Source: Deltaproteobacteria bacterium (GTDB lineage Bacteria > SAR324 > NAC60-12). Taken from it: 56,269 nt of DNA. The stretch is taken from assembly GCA_002683655.1 (NCBI GenBank), contig NYTS01000098.1, positions 1 through 56,269 on the forward strand, written 5' to 3'. Positions 1-9,004 of this stretch are shown one piece after another (position 1 is the stretch's first letter; each line of letters opens with the position of its first letter). The position numbers and the translations under genes are program-made. The notes beneath the pieces were generated by a model, which was not told the origin of the DNA, searched no databases, and saw only the letters and a list, made by a program, of their open reading frames with translations.

Positions 1-684
1 CTCCTCATCGGGTTATCTGCTCATCCTCTCAACAAGGATCGATAAGAAGGGAAAAATAGCCAATCTTTTATTTACGGATAAGTTCTAAGAATTCACCTGT
101 AGTATAAAATCTTATTTTTTCACCCTCAGCCGCATAAAAGCTGGAGTTATTCTTAATCTATCTTCCTTTCAGCTTGCACCCTATAGCCCTCAGTGTTTTC
201 TCAATTAAATTTCTAAAACTAGAACTGAGACTTGAAAATCTAAATACTCGTATATTGCATTAGTTATTCTGGATTCAGAATTGCTTAGAAATCAAGAGAT
301 AAAAATATCTTTCAAAGATTTTAGTGGGGGGCTAATTTATGGTTGTTTGGTTAATTCTACTTGGTGGAGCCTTCACCATTTTGATTTTATTCAGACAAAG
401 AAGGGTAGAAAGTGAAGCTTTAGAGATTCCTTCCGCGATGGTCATGCTCTTTCATCCAACGAAAGGGGAAGGAGACCTGACTATCTGTGGGGCAGTGATT
501 TTATATTCCTTTTCGAGGGTAGTTCTGGAGTTGTTCGAAATTGTGAGAAACGTATTCTAGTTGAGAGATTCTGCAGAGGACACCTCTTAAAACTTGATTA
601 AAACCCCATCTATATTCCAGTCGAAAATTTAGGCCGAAAGAGTCTACCGTTCAACAAGATTCTCCTGTTTCGCAAATTATTCAG

Positions 685-2352
685 CTATCCGCCGGAACGA
701 AGATCAGCAATAGTCTTCCTTGGGGTGATTGCCTCGACACTGACAATTAATTCAAGCAGAGCCCCAGTTTCTGACTCAGATGCCTTTTCGAAGGCCTCTG
801 CAAAATCCTCCGTTTTTCTTACACGAAAACCCTTCATTCCAAAAGCTTGAGCAACGGCAGCAAAATCGGGATTGTGCAGATTCGTTCCAGAAACTCTACT
901 AGGATACTTCCTCTCCTGGTGCATCCGAATGGTGCCATAAGCTCCATTATTTAAGACTAAAATCACCATTCTAGCGCCATGCTGAACAGCTGTGCCGAGT
1001 TCAGCTAATCCCATTTGTAGATCTCCATCACCGGCAAAACAGACAACCTGCCGATCAGGATAGGCAAGTGCCGCAGCGATTGCTGCTGGCAGCCCATAGC
1101 CCATAGCCCCACTTTGTGGAGCCAGCAACCTATGTCTTGGGCCAAAGCAAAAGTGTTTATTTGGCCAAAATGCGAAATTTCCTGCCCCGTTGGTCAAGAT
1201 GGCATCCTTCTCCAGCCGATCTTGCAGGAACTTCATAACTGCTGACATGTCCACAGGGCTGTTTTGTGGAGGAGCTATCAAGGATGACAGATAGTCAGAA
1301 TGGCCCTTGGCCATCCACGAGGTTCTCTGGTGAAGATTTTTACCGCTAATTTCCAAGCTCTCAAGAAACTGCGTAAGCTGGTTTGGGTTTGCATGAAAAC
1401 TAAGACATGGTTGAAATATTTTGCCGATTTCTTTGTCCGAAGCGTGAACATGGATCAATTTTTGACGAGGATAGGGTACTTCCAAGAGCGACCAAGACTG
1501 AGTAGCGGCCTCACCCAGACGGGCATTGATAGCCAAAATCACATCTGAATTTTTGATCATTTCAGCGAGATGGGCCGCCATCCCAACACCGGCGTCTCCA
1601 ACGTACACAGGGCTATTGTTGTCAATGAGGTCGTGATAGCGAAAAATTGCTGAAACAGGAAAATTATGAAGCTCTGCAAACTTCTGCAAAGCGGATTTGC
1701 CCACTCCCTTCCAACCTCCTCCCCCAATGAGGATTAGAGGTCGCTCCGCCCCGTTCAGAATCCTCGTAAGCGCTTCAGCTTGAGAAAGATCAACCCCAGC
1801 CTCAGCTACTTCAAGTGGTTGACAAGGTTCGACAGAAGTTTGAGTGGTCAACATGTCTTCGGGTAATCCAATCACTACTGGTCCTGGCCGACCCGACAAG
1901 GCAAGCCGCCATGCACGGCTAACGAACTCTGGAATGCGCGCAGCGTTGTCAATCTCAGTAGCCCATTTGGCCAAAGGCCCAAAGAAAGCACGATAATCAA
2001 CTTCCTGAAAAGCCTCTCGGTCTTTATGATCAACACCAACCTGTCCTACGAAAAGAATCATCGGAGAACTGTCTTGATGAGCAGAATGAACACCGATTGA
2101 GCCATTGGCCGCTCCAGGACCACGAGTCACAAAACAGATTCCTGGCATACCAGTCAACTTACCCCATGCACATGCTGCAAAACTGGCTGCCCCTTCCTGT
2201 CGACAGAGGGTGAATTGAATGTCAGCATCATGAAGAGCATCCAATACAGCCAGGTAGGATTCTCCTGGGACACCAAAGCTATTTTTTACACCAAGATTTT
2301 GTAGACACTGGACAAGGAGCTGAGCACCAGTAAGTCCTTCATTTTTCTCCAT
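685..2352 (-). CDS. Thiamine-diphosphate-dependent enzyme, acetolactate-synthase-like superfamily; substrate not assignable
   Basis: Uninterrupted 555-aa ORF. It has N-terminal Pyr-domain motifs (GVPGESYL, CFVTRGPGAANG) and the C-terminal ThDP/Mg motif GDGDLQM...NNGAYG. No small regulatory subunit gene is adjacent, so it is not called ilvB. Confidence 0.85.
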   Translation of the reverse strand: MEKNEGLTGAQLLVQCLQNLGVKNSFGVPGESYLAVLDALHDADIQFTLCRQEGAASFAACAWGKLTGMPGICFVTRGPGAANGSIGVHSAHQDSSPMILFVGQVGVDHKDREAFQEVDYRAFFGPLAKWATEIDNAARIPEFVSRAWRLALSGRPGPVVIGLPEDMLTTQTSVEPCQPLEVAEAGVDLSQAEALTRILNGAERPLILIGGGGWKGVGKSALQKFAELHNFPVSAIFRYHDLIDNNSPVYVGDAGVGMAAHLAEMIKNSDVILAINARLGEAATQSWSLLEVPYPRQKLIHVHASDKEIGKIFQPCLSFHANPNQLTQFLESLEISGKNLHQRTSWMAKGHSDYLSSLIAPPQNSPVDMSAVMKFLQDRLEKDAILTNGAGNFAFWPNKHFCFGPRHRLLAPQSGAMGYGLPAAIAAALAYPDRQVVCFAGDGDLQMGLAELGTAVQHGARMVILVLNNGAYGTIRMHQERKYPSRVSGTNLHNPDFAAVAQAFGMKGFRVRKTEDFAEAFEKASESETGALLELIVSVEAITPRKTIADLRSGG

Positions 2353-2500
2353 TACTCACCTAAAAAAATACTGATTTTATGACTCTATTTTTCTTTTCAC
2401 TTTTTGCTTAAACCAATTTTTTCATTCAGTAAAAATTCTTTGCTTACAAGATCTACCTTTGAGCTGCGCTAAATCTTTCATAAATTTCTCAATCACTCTC

Positions 2501-2528
2501 TTGACGAATGAAAGGCGAAGAGTAATAT
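2501..2528 (+). promoter_or_regulatory. Candidate sigma70 promoter (TTGACG-N16-TAATAT) for the GST gene
   Basis: TTGACG lies at 2501-2506 and TAATAT at 2523-2528 with a 16-nt spacer, about 60 nt upstream of ATG 2592. Sequence pattern only. Confidence 0.35.
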
Positions 2529-2591
2529 CCATCCGGTGTTTCATCAAGTTTCGTCTCTTGATTACTTCATCTTATTAAAAAGTTACTTAGT

Positions 2592-3257
2592 ATGCAGTTG
2601 AGATTTATTTACACGAACATGCCTTTTTGGAGAGCTGAAGTTGGCAGAATCACCCTCTTCATCGGAGACGTGGAATTCGAGGATTTACGAATCGATCGAG
2701 AAGAGTTCCTCTGGGCAAAGGAGTCCGGGAAATTATATGATGGCACCGTCATGCCTTTCCATCAAATGCCAGTTCTTGAAGTTGACGGAACATCGATTGC
2801 CCAGACAGGTGGCATTGCGAGATTTTGTGGAAAATTATCAGGGCTTTACCCAACGGATGATCACCTCAAGGCTGCGAAAATCGATCAGTTTATCGATTTT
2901 GCTAACGATCTCAACACAATGGTTTCCAGTACTAACCAAATCCAGGATGAAGCCCAAAAATTGGCTGCGCGGTTAGAATTGGCAACCGGTCCCCTGAAAA
3001 GGAAATTAGGAATGTTAGAGCGTTCGATTCCAGAGGGATCAGATTGGATTGTTTCTCCTTCGATCAGCATAGCCGATATTGCAATTTGGCGAGTTCTGGG
3101 ATGGTTTACCTCTGGCTTATTGGATGGGATGCCCAGAGATCTACTTGCAGGCTTTCCAAAAATCAGAAGAGCCTGTTTAGCTGTCGATCAACACCCTAAA
3201 GTACAGGAATGGATTGGTCGAACCTACCCAGAAAATTATGTTAGGGGCACTTACTGA
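2592..3257 (+). CDS. Glutathione S-transferase family protein
   Basis: 221-aa ORF with an ATG start. It has a thioredoxin-like N-domain (QMPVLEVDGTSIAQTGGIARF) followed by a helical C-domain of typical cytosolic GST size. Confidence 0.7.
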   Translation: MQLRFIYTNMPFWRAEVGRITLFIGDVEFEDLRIDREEFLWAKESGKLYDGTVMPFHQMPVLEVDGTSIAQTGGIARFCGKLSGLYPTDDHLKAAKIDQFIDFANDLNTMVSSTNQIQDEAQKLAARLELATGPLKRKLGMLERSIPEGSDWIVSPSISIADIAIWRVLGWFTSGLLDGMPRDLLAGFPKIRRACLAVDQHPKVQEWIGRTYPENYVRGTY

Positions 3258-3345
3258 CGGGGGGCGTCATTCGCTAAAGTACATCTAACTCAACTGTTTG
3301 AATTTAAAACTAGAAAGTTCCCTACGAATTAATTTCAAGTTTCAT

Positions 3346-3654
3346 ATATGTCGCTTCACTCTCTACCTGGGACCCCAAGTCCGTATGCCCAATTTGTTGA
3401 CGGAACCTAAGCGCTCACTCATTCGGCAACGTTTTGATTCAAATCAAAGATCAGAACCATTGAATGGGGGCGGCTTTGGCGTCGGTTCGTATTCACCTCG
3501 CCTGCACCTGATGCATATTGAGCTGTACCCTTCGATTTCCAGGCATTTCCAAGACAAACAGAATGAATCAGAAGAAGAGATGATTGTTTCTTCTGAGCCA
3601 TTGAATAAGGATCCTCGCTGGGGATGTTACTCCAAACACGATGCTTGTGCTTGA
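3346..3654 (+). pseudogene. Truncated remnant of a class II (Ntn, YafJ/EgtC-type) glutamine amidotransferase with lost start codon
   Basis: The translation I-CRFTLYLGPQVRMPNLLTEPKRSLIRQ...NGGGFGVGSY matches the family N-terminus MCR[FW]xxYxG...LLxxPxxSLIxQS...NGDGFGVGWY. The expected ATG is ATA (3346-3348) directly before the nucleophile Cys codon (3349-3351). Similarity fades after about 90 codons. Only about 100 of the expected ~250 codons fit before the next gene. Confidence 0.5.
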
Positions 3655-3734
3655 TCGTAGGAAGGCACCCTTGTAGATTTACATGAATATGGATGGAAGC
3701 CTGAAATTGCTAGAATAGTACAAAGGAGTCAGTC

Positions 3735-4833
3735 ATGAGTTCAAAGACGATTCGAGTAGCCCTCATCGGGCTTGGTGGTGTCTGTGCCCAAGTCCACTAT
3801 CCTGGTTTTTCTCGCATCCCCAGAGTTGAAATTGTAGGGATCTGTGATCCAGATGCTTCAATGCGGGAAAATCGGAGCAGGGAATGGAGAATAGAGGCTT
3901 GCTTTGAGGATGTTGATGACTTGCTAAGGGAAATACAACCAGATGCAGTGGTGATCGCCACCCCAAAACTGCATGCACAAACCGCTTATTTTAAAAGCTC
4001 TCGCTGCCGGCTCACATGTGCTTTGTGAAAAACCACTGGGCATGAATTTTCAGGAGACCAAAGAAATTCTGGAGGCTGCCCAGAAAACAAAACTTCGGCA
4101 CATGACAGCTTTCACCTATCGATTTGTTCCTGCGATGAACTACATACGTTATTTGGTTCACAATGGAGCATTGGGCGATATTCGTCATGCGAGATTCCAA
4201 CGACTACAGGACTGGGGCGAAGGAGCGATTGGTTGGCGCCAGTACTATGAGCAGGCCGGTTCCGGTGAACTAGGAGATATGGGCATTCACCGAATTGATT
4301 TAGCAGAAGATCTGCTAGGCCCCATAGCTTCGTTGTGCGCCCACACAAAACAATGGGCAGCTCGTGATCTCACGAAAAGTGGAGAGCCTTGTCCACCCCA
4401 AGATGTTGAGGATTGGGTTGCCTGGATCGCCCAATTTGAAAATGGCACAACGGGTGTTTTTGAAATGGGGAAGCTCACCAAAGGCTTTGGCCCAAGAGGG
4501 GGTCACGATCAGGCTGAGTTGAACGGCACAAAGGCATCTGCAGTTTATCAGCTACATAATCCCCACCAAATCCTTTTCAGTAATCGTGGAGAATCCTACC
4601 AAATTCGGCCTGTTCCAGCAGAGTTTTTAAAGAGTACTGATTCACCAAGAGAACCTAATGAGGGGGATCCTCTGATTCGATTCAGATATGATCAAGCTTG
4701 GGAATTTATGAGTGCCATTCTAGAAGATAGGGAGTGCACACCATCTTTCTATCATGGGATGCGTGCTCAGGCTGTGGCGGATGCAATCTTAGAAGCTGCA
4801 GCTTCTAGAAAATGGATTGATGTTAAAGCGTAA
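3735..4833 (+). pseudogene. Gfo/Idh/MocA-family NAD(P)-dependent oxidoreductase, interrupted by a frameshift near 3972-3976
   Basis: The N-terminal Rossmann part (IRVALIGLGGV...AVVIATPKLH) is in one frame (3735..4028). The continuation HKPLILKALAAGSHVLCEKP and the rest of the protein are in the +1 frame (3973..4833). The family motif ATPxxLHxxxxxxALxAGxHVLCEKP is split between the two frames. Confidence 0.8.
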
Positions 4834-4937
4834 ATTATTGAAATAATTTAATTATTTTATTTTATAATTCAATATATTACAAATAAATTATTCACTTTAA
4901 CAGCAACCATTGGTTCTAGTCTTCTTATCTGAGGCAC

Positions 4938-5828
4938 CTAAGCTGGCATCTCTACTAGCGACGAAGTAACCCCAGCGATCGTGGTACGTCTCATATCGCG
5001 TACTTCTTTGTTGTCATAGCCCATCGCACGATGCATCGTGGCCTGGTTATCCCAAATCACTAGGTCATTGACTTTCCACTTATGTTGATAAACGAATTCT
5101 CGCTGGGTTGCATGCTCTGCCAATCGCTTGAGAAAGATCCGGGATTCGGGAACCGTCCAACCCTCAATCATGCCCGCATGAGCAGAAAGATATAGGGAAA
5201 TGTTCTTGGTCCTAGGATGCCTTCGAACGAGAGCCTGCCTGACCGGAAGCATTGCTTCCTGCTGATCTTCCCGGAACTCCGTAAAACCCAGTTCACCTCT
5301 TGAATATAGCTGACTGTGACGAGTTACCTGGCCAAGACATTTTTGCTGAGTTTTTTCATCCAACGCATTCCAGGCAGCCCTCATGTCTGCGAAATCTGTA
5401 TCCCCCTCCGTAGCTGGGATGATCTTAGCCGAAAGGATTGAATATTGTGCTGGAATCGCCTTAAAGGAACTGTCCGAATGCCAGAGCATATTCCCAAGTG
5501 AAAACAGCCTCTTTGGATCACCAGCCTCATATTTTCCGCCTGTACGATCCAGATTTGAAATATCATTTAATTCCATCTGCAATCGTCGGTCATTTTGCTT
5601 CATGTAATCGCCAGTGGCCAACTCCAAATCACCGAAGTAACGACTAAAACGAATGTGCTGCTCATCTGTTAATACTTGGTTCGGAAAAACCAGGACTGCA
5701 AACGTGTCCAAGGCGTTCAAGAGGACTTCAACAGTTTCAGTATTCAGCGGTTTCGCCAATGAAACGCCTTCTATCTTGGCAACAAAATCTGATAATTTCG
5801 GATTGAGGGGAATGACTTTTAGGAGCAC
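4938..5828 (-). CDS. TauD/TfdA-family Fe(II)/2-oxoglutarate-dependent dioxygenase
   Basis: 296-aa ORF with a GTG start. It has the HxD iron motif in LWHSDSSF, and the overall length and C-terminal R..TI pattern are typical of taurine or alkylsulfate dioxygenases. Confidence 0.8.
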   Translation of the reverse strand: MLLKVIPLNPKLSDFVAKIEGVSLAKPLNTETVEVLLNALDTFAVLVFPNQVLTDEQHIRFSRYFGDLELATGDYMKQNDRRLQMELNDISNLDRTGGKYEAGDPKRLFSLGNMLWHSDSSFKAIPAQYSILSAKIIPATEGDTDFADMRAAWNALDEKTQQKCLGQVTRHSQLYSRGELGFTEFREDQQEAMLPVRQALVRRHPRTKNISLYLSAHAGMIEGWTVPESRIFLKRLAEHATQREFVYQHKWKVNDLVIWDNQATMHRAMGYDNKEVRDMRRTTIAGVTSSLVEMPA

Positions 5829-5955
5829 TTAGTGATCTAAGTCTAAATTTTGGATTCAATATTGAAATTTGAAACTTAATTAGCTTGGGCATAATCAATA
5901 AATTGAATGGCTATTTTTTTAAAGTTTTTTGAAATCTTTTGACATTGGATTCACC

Positions 5956-7092
5956 ATGATTATCCGAAACGTCACCACTTTGAACTACTCTAATACACCA
6001 TCACACCCAACTGACATCGAAATTGAAGATGGCAAAATCGCACGTCTCGGGCCTCAGTTGGACAACCCAAAGGGTCTTAGAGAGTATGCATTTGAAAATG
6101 CCATGATTTCGAAAGGTTGGGTGGATCTGCATGTTCATGTCTATTATGGGGCAACTGACATCTCCATCCGCCCTGAGCAAGCAGGACTCGAAACTGGAGT
6201 GACCACTTTAGTTGATTGCGGTTCTGCAGGGGAAGCCAACTTTGTTGGGTTTTCAGAATTTATTGCGAAACAGGCCAAAGAGAGGCTCTTTGCTTTCTTA
6301 AACATCGGCAGCATCGGACTGGTCGCCTGCAATCGAATCAGTGAACTTTCTCTTGGGTTTCGCTCGGTGAATGTAGAACGAACTTTAAAAACCATTGAGA
6401 ATTATCCTGACCTAATTCGGGGGATCAAGTGCAGGGCTAGTCAGGTCATCACAGGAGACTTAGGTGCTGAAGCGGTACGAGTAGCGAGGAAGGTAGCCCG
6501 TGTAGCAGGATTGCCGCTGATCGTCCATGTTGGTGAACCACCCCCCTTGCTGGAAGACGTGCTTGATCTTCTCGAGGAAGGGGATGTTGTCACCCATGCT
6601 TTTCATGGAAAACCCGGGGGTAATCTGATGGAGGATCCAAGGTCACTTACCGCTGTTCACAAAGCACGAGCACGTGGTGTTTTGCTGGACGTGGGGCATG
6701 GTGCTGCTTCCTTCTCATTCAAGGTGATGCGCTTTGCGAGAGAGCAGGGAATCGAAACAGATCTGATTAGCACCGACTTGCACCGCAACAGCGTCAAGGG
6801 ACCAGCCTACGACCTGCCAACAACCCTTTCAAAACTTTTGAATCTGGGGATGCCACTGGAACAAGTCATTGCTGCAGGATCAACAAGACCCTCTTCCTTT
6901 TTAGACCCCACGGAGGGTGAAGATTGGTTGAAAGTAGGACAGAATGCAGACCTCACAGTATTCCGGGTAGATCAAGCAAACACTACAGTCGAAGATAGCC
7001 TGGGTGACAATCTCACTTTAACTCAGTTGATTCATCCACTGCTCGCTGTTCAGGGGGTAAATCATGCTGAGTGCGGTCTACGATTCCAGTAA
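5956..7092 (+). CDS. Amidohydrolase/deacetylase-family metallohydrolase (dihydroorotase-like fold)
   Basis: The metal motif GWVDLHVHVYYG lies near the N-terminus and later HVGE and HAFHG His clusters follow. ATG 5956 (MIIRNV...) is preferred over the TTG at 5929 used by the ORF track. Confidence 0.75.
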   Translation: MIIRNVTTLNYSNTPSHPTDIEIEDGKIARLGPQLDNPKGLREYAFENAMISKGWVDLHVHVYYGATDISIRPEQAGLETGVTTLVDCGSAGEANFVGFSEFIAKQAKERLFAFLNIGSIGLVACNRISELSLGFRSVNVERTLKTIENYPDLIRGIKCRASQVITGDLGAEAVRVARKVARVAGLPLIVHVGEPPPLLEDVLDLLEEGDVVTHAFHGKPGGNLMEDPRSLTAVHKARARGVLLDVGHGAASFSFKVMRFAREQGIETDLISTDLHRNSVKGPAYDLPTTLSKLLNLGMPLEQVIAAGSTRPSSFLDPTEGEDWLKVGQNADLTVFRVDQANTTVEDSLGDNLTLTQLIHPLLAVQGVNHAECGLRFQ

Positions 7093-7113
7093 AATTTTGT
7101 TTGACTGTAAAAT

Positions 7114-7980
7114 CTAGCACCAATGGGCTGGTAGAATCGGCTGGTCATGATTGAGCTTTTCTGCAATCCAATTTGCTTGTCGAACCCCATCTCGATAACT
7201 CGAGTGCTGAAAAGGCACTCTATCAACAGATCCTGCAAAAGCCTGAACCAAATCATCACAGAACCCTTCAGAATCCTCAACTAACATGGTAGGCATTTGA
7301 ACTTTGGGAGCGTGATGGACCGGTTCGAAATAAGACAGAGTTTTCTCCACGTATATTTGAGAGGATGCTGGACCTCGCAAGTGATCGTTAAATTCTTCAA
7401 GGGGATAGTTGCTAGTCAGTGCTGCCCTCTTCAGGGAGTTGTAATGGAGCGCAGGGGTATAGTGAAGTGCCGCTGCCTCCGATCTACGGGCTGCTGTCCA
7501 AAGTGCTAATTCGCCACCAAGTAAGCAGATTCTTCCCGTGTCCACTTCTTCACGACCTTTCAAAAAGTCAACGACTGATAGACAATCCCCAGCAATATCA
7601 CGGTAAATGTAGGAATTCGCAGCTTCAATCCCTAAGGTCAATAAACCCGGATATGCAGCCGCAAATGGCTCATCAGAGAGTCGTTGGCCACGATGACACA
7701 AAGCTACACAGATATATTTACAACGCTCTTCAAATGGTGGGATGTGAACCACACTCCCATAGTTTGGGAGATGGTAGATCACTGGGAAGGGTCCTTCACC
7801 TCTTGGCACACTGTAGTAAGCAAATATTCGATAACCTTTCACGCTGGACAACCATAAGCCATACACAGTGAATTGGGGTTTGCTGCGAATGGGAAGTTCC
7901 CTCAATTCAGGCTCTGGAACCACTGAAATCAAGTCGTTTTCAATACCAGTCCAGAATTGATCAAAGTCCTTTTGTCTCAT
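7114..7980 (-). CDS. CE7 (acetylxylan esterase/cephalosporin-C deacetylase)-like protein lacking the nucleophile serine
   Basis: It is paralogous to the upstream gene (DFDQFW, YPGLLT, RGQ motif). The GxSQG nucleophile elbow reads GGELA, with the Glu codon at 7510-7512. ATG 7980 has an AAGGAA RBS and is preferred. The ORF is open up to TTG 8013, which overlaps the upstream stop. Confidence 0.7.
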   Translation of the reverse strand: MRQKDFDQFWTGIENDLISVVPEPELRELPIRSKPQFTVYGLWLSSVKGYRIFAYYSVPRGEGPFPVIYHLPNYGSVVHIPPFEERCKYICVALCHRGQRLSDEPFAAAYPGLLTLGIEAANSYIYRDIAGDCLSVVDFLKGREEVDTGRICLLGGELALWTAARRSEAAALHYTPALHYNSLKRAALTSNYPLEEFNDHLRGPASSQIYVEKTLSYFEPVHHAPKVQMPTMLVEDSEGFCDDLVQAFAGSVDRVPFQHSSYRDGVRQANWIAEKLNHDQPILPAHWC

Positions 7981-8009
7981 GATTCCTTGTATTTTCAGAA
8001 CTTGGTGAC

Positions 8010-8945
8010 TCAAGATCGAGCCGGCTTCAATTGGGTGTCAAAAAAAGCATCCACCACATGATCATGCTCATGATGATTGGCGTCATGACCATGTCCTTCG
8101 TATTCGTAGAGCTTTTTATTCGACGTACCAATCTTTTCCATCAATGGATAGGCAGTCTCTGGAGGACAGACATCGTCTTGAAGGCCAATGTAGACGATGA
8201 TGGGACATTGAATCCGCTCTGCAAAGTTGAAGCAGTCATAATAATTCCAAGTATTCGCTATCGCTGACCTATGTTCTGGGTGAATTCCCAGATAATCGTT
8301 GATCTCCTCATACGGATAAGTACGGGTCAATTTAAAAGCATCCACGACTCCCGCAAGGTAAGGTGCTCCAGCTGAGGCAGCCCTAACTTGTTGACGGAGT
8401 GCAGTCACAACTAGAGTCAATGCACCACCCTGGCTGCTCCCTTGGATTCCAATCCGATCAGAGTCTACCTCTGGTTGTTCAAGTAGAACGTCAATCACCC
8501 TCACTGCATCGATGTAAAATCCCTTATAACCGTATTGGTTTCGATCATTGATGTTGTGGGTTAACAAACCAGGATATCCGGGGTTGAATGCGCTATTGCT
8601 CCGTAATTTCCCCCGTGGAGCAGCACCAAAGGTAGCATAACCTTGGGCAGCATGTGATTTTGGTAAGGTTGGCTCACTGATGTAGCCTGGATAGAAAACA
8701 CGGGCGGGGAGAGGTTTGGTTCTTTCTCTAGGCAGACAATACCAGCCAGCGATTCGCAAACCATCAAGACTGTCATATTTGACTTCGAACACCTCGACTT
8801 CCTCACTCGAACGCAAAGGATCCAACTCAATGGAGGCATTCAATGGGATTGAGTCGACTTCCTCCATGATTTCCTGCCAAAACTTGTCAAAGTCATCCGG
8901 TTTGACGACTTCCGTAGGATGAGCAGATAGATTTGGTTTGGGCAC
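8010..8945 (-). CDS. CE7-family acetyl esterase (acetylxylan esterase/cephalosporin-C deacetylase type)
   Basis: 311-aa ORF with a GTG start, a canonical GSSQGG nucleophile elbow, a later DD..CPP acid region and an HE-containing C-terminus (GHGHDANHHEH). Confidence 0.8.
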   Translation of the reverse strand: MPKPNLSAHPTEVVKPDDFDKFWQEIMEEVDSIPLNASIELDPLRSSEEVEVFEVKYDSLDGLRIAGWYCLPRERTKPLPARVFYPGYISEPTLPKSHAAQGYATFGAAPRGKLRSNSAFNPGYPGLLTHNINDRNQYGYKGFYIDAVRVIDVLLEQPEVDSDRIGIQGSSQGGALTLVVTALRQQVRAASAGAPYLAGVVDAFKLTRTYPYEEINDYLGIHPEHRSAIANTWNYYDCFNFAERIQCPIIVYIGLQDDVCPPETAYPLMEKIGTSNKKLYEYEGHGHDANHHEHDHVVDAFFDTQLKPARS

Positions 8946-9004
8946 GAAACTCCTTTATTTCAAGAACATCGTTTATTCAGAGTAATAGCAAAAGGGAGAG
9001 TAAT

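Noticed and set aside
1-45. Possible 3' end of a plus-strand gene entering the window (LLIGLSAHPLNKDR-stop)
   Set aside because: Only 14 codons are visible, too few to assign or even to confirm coding.
339-560. 73-aa ORF with a hydrophobic N-terminus in the first 684 nt
   Set aside because: It has no RBS and no recognisable family, and it sits in an AT-rich region. It is possibly a small membrane protein, but the support is insufficient to call it.
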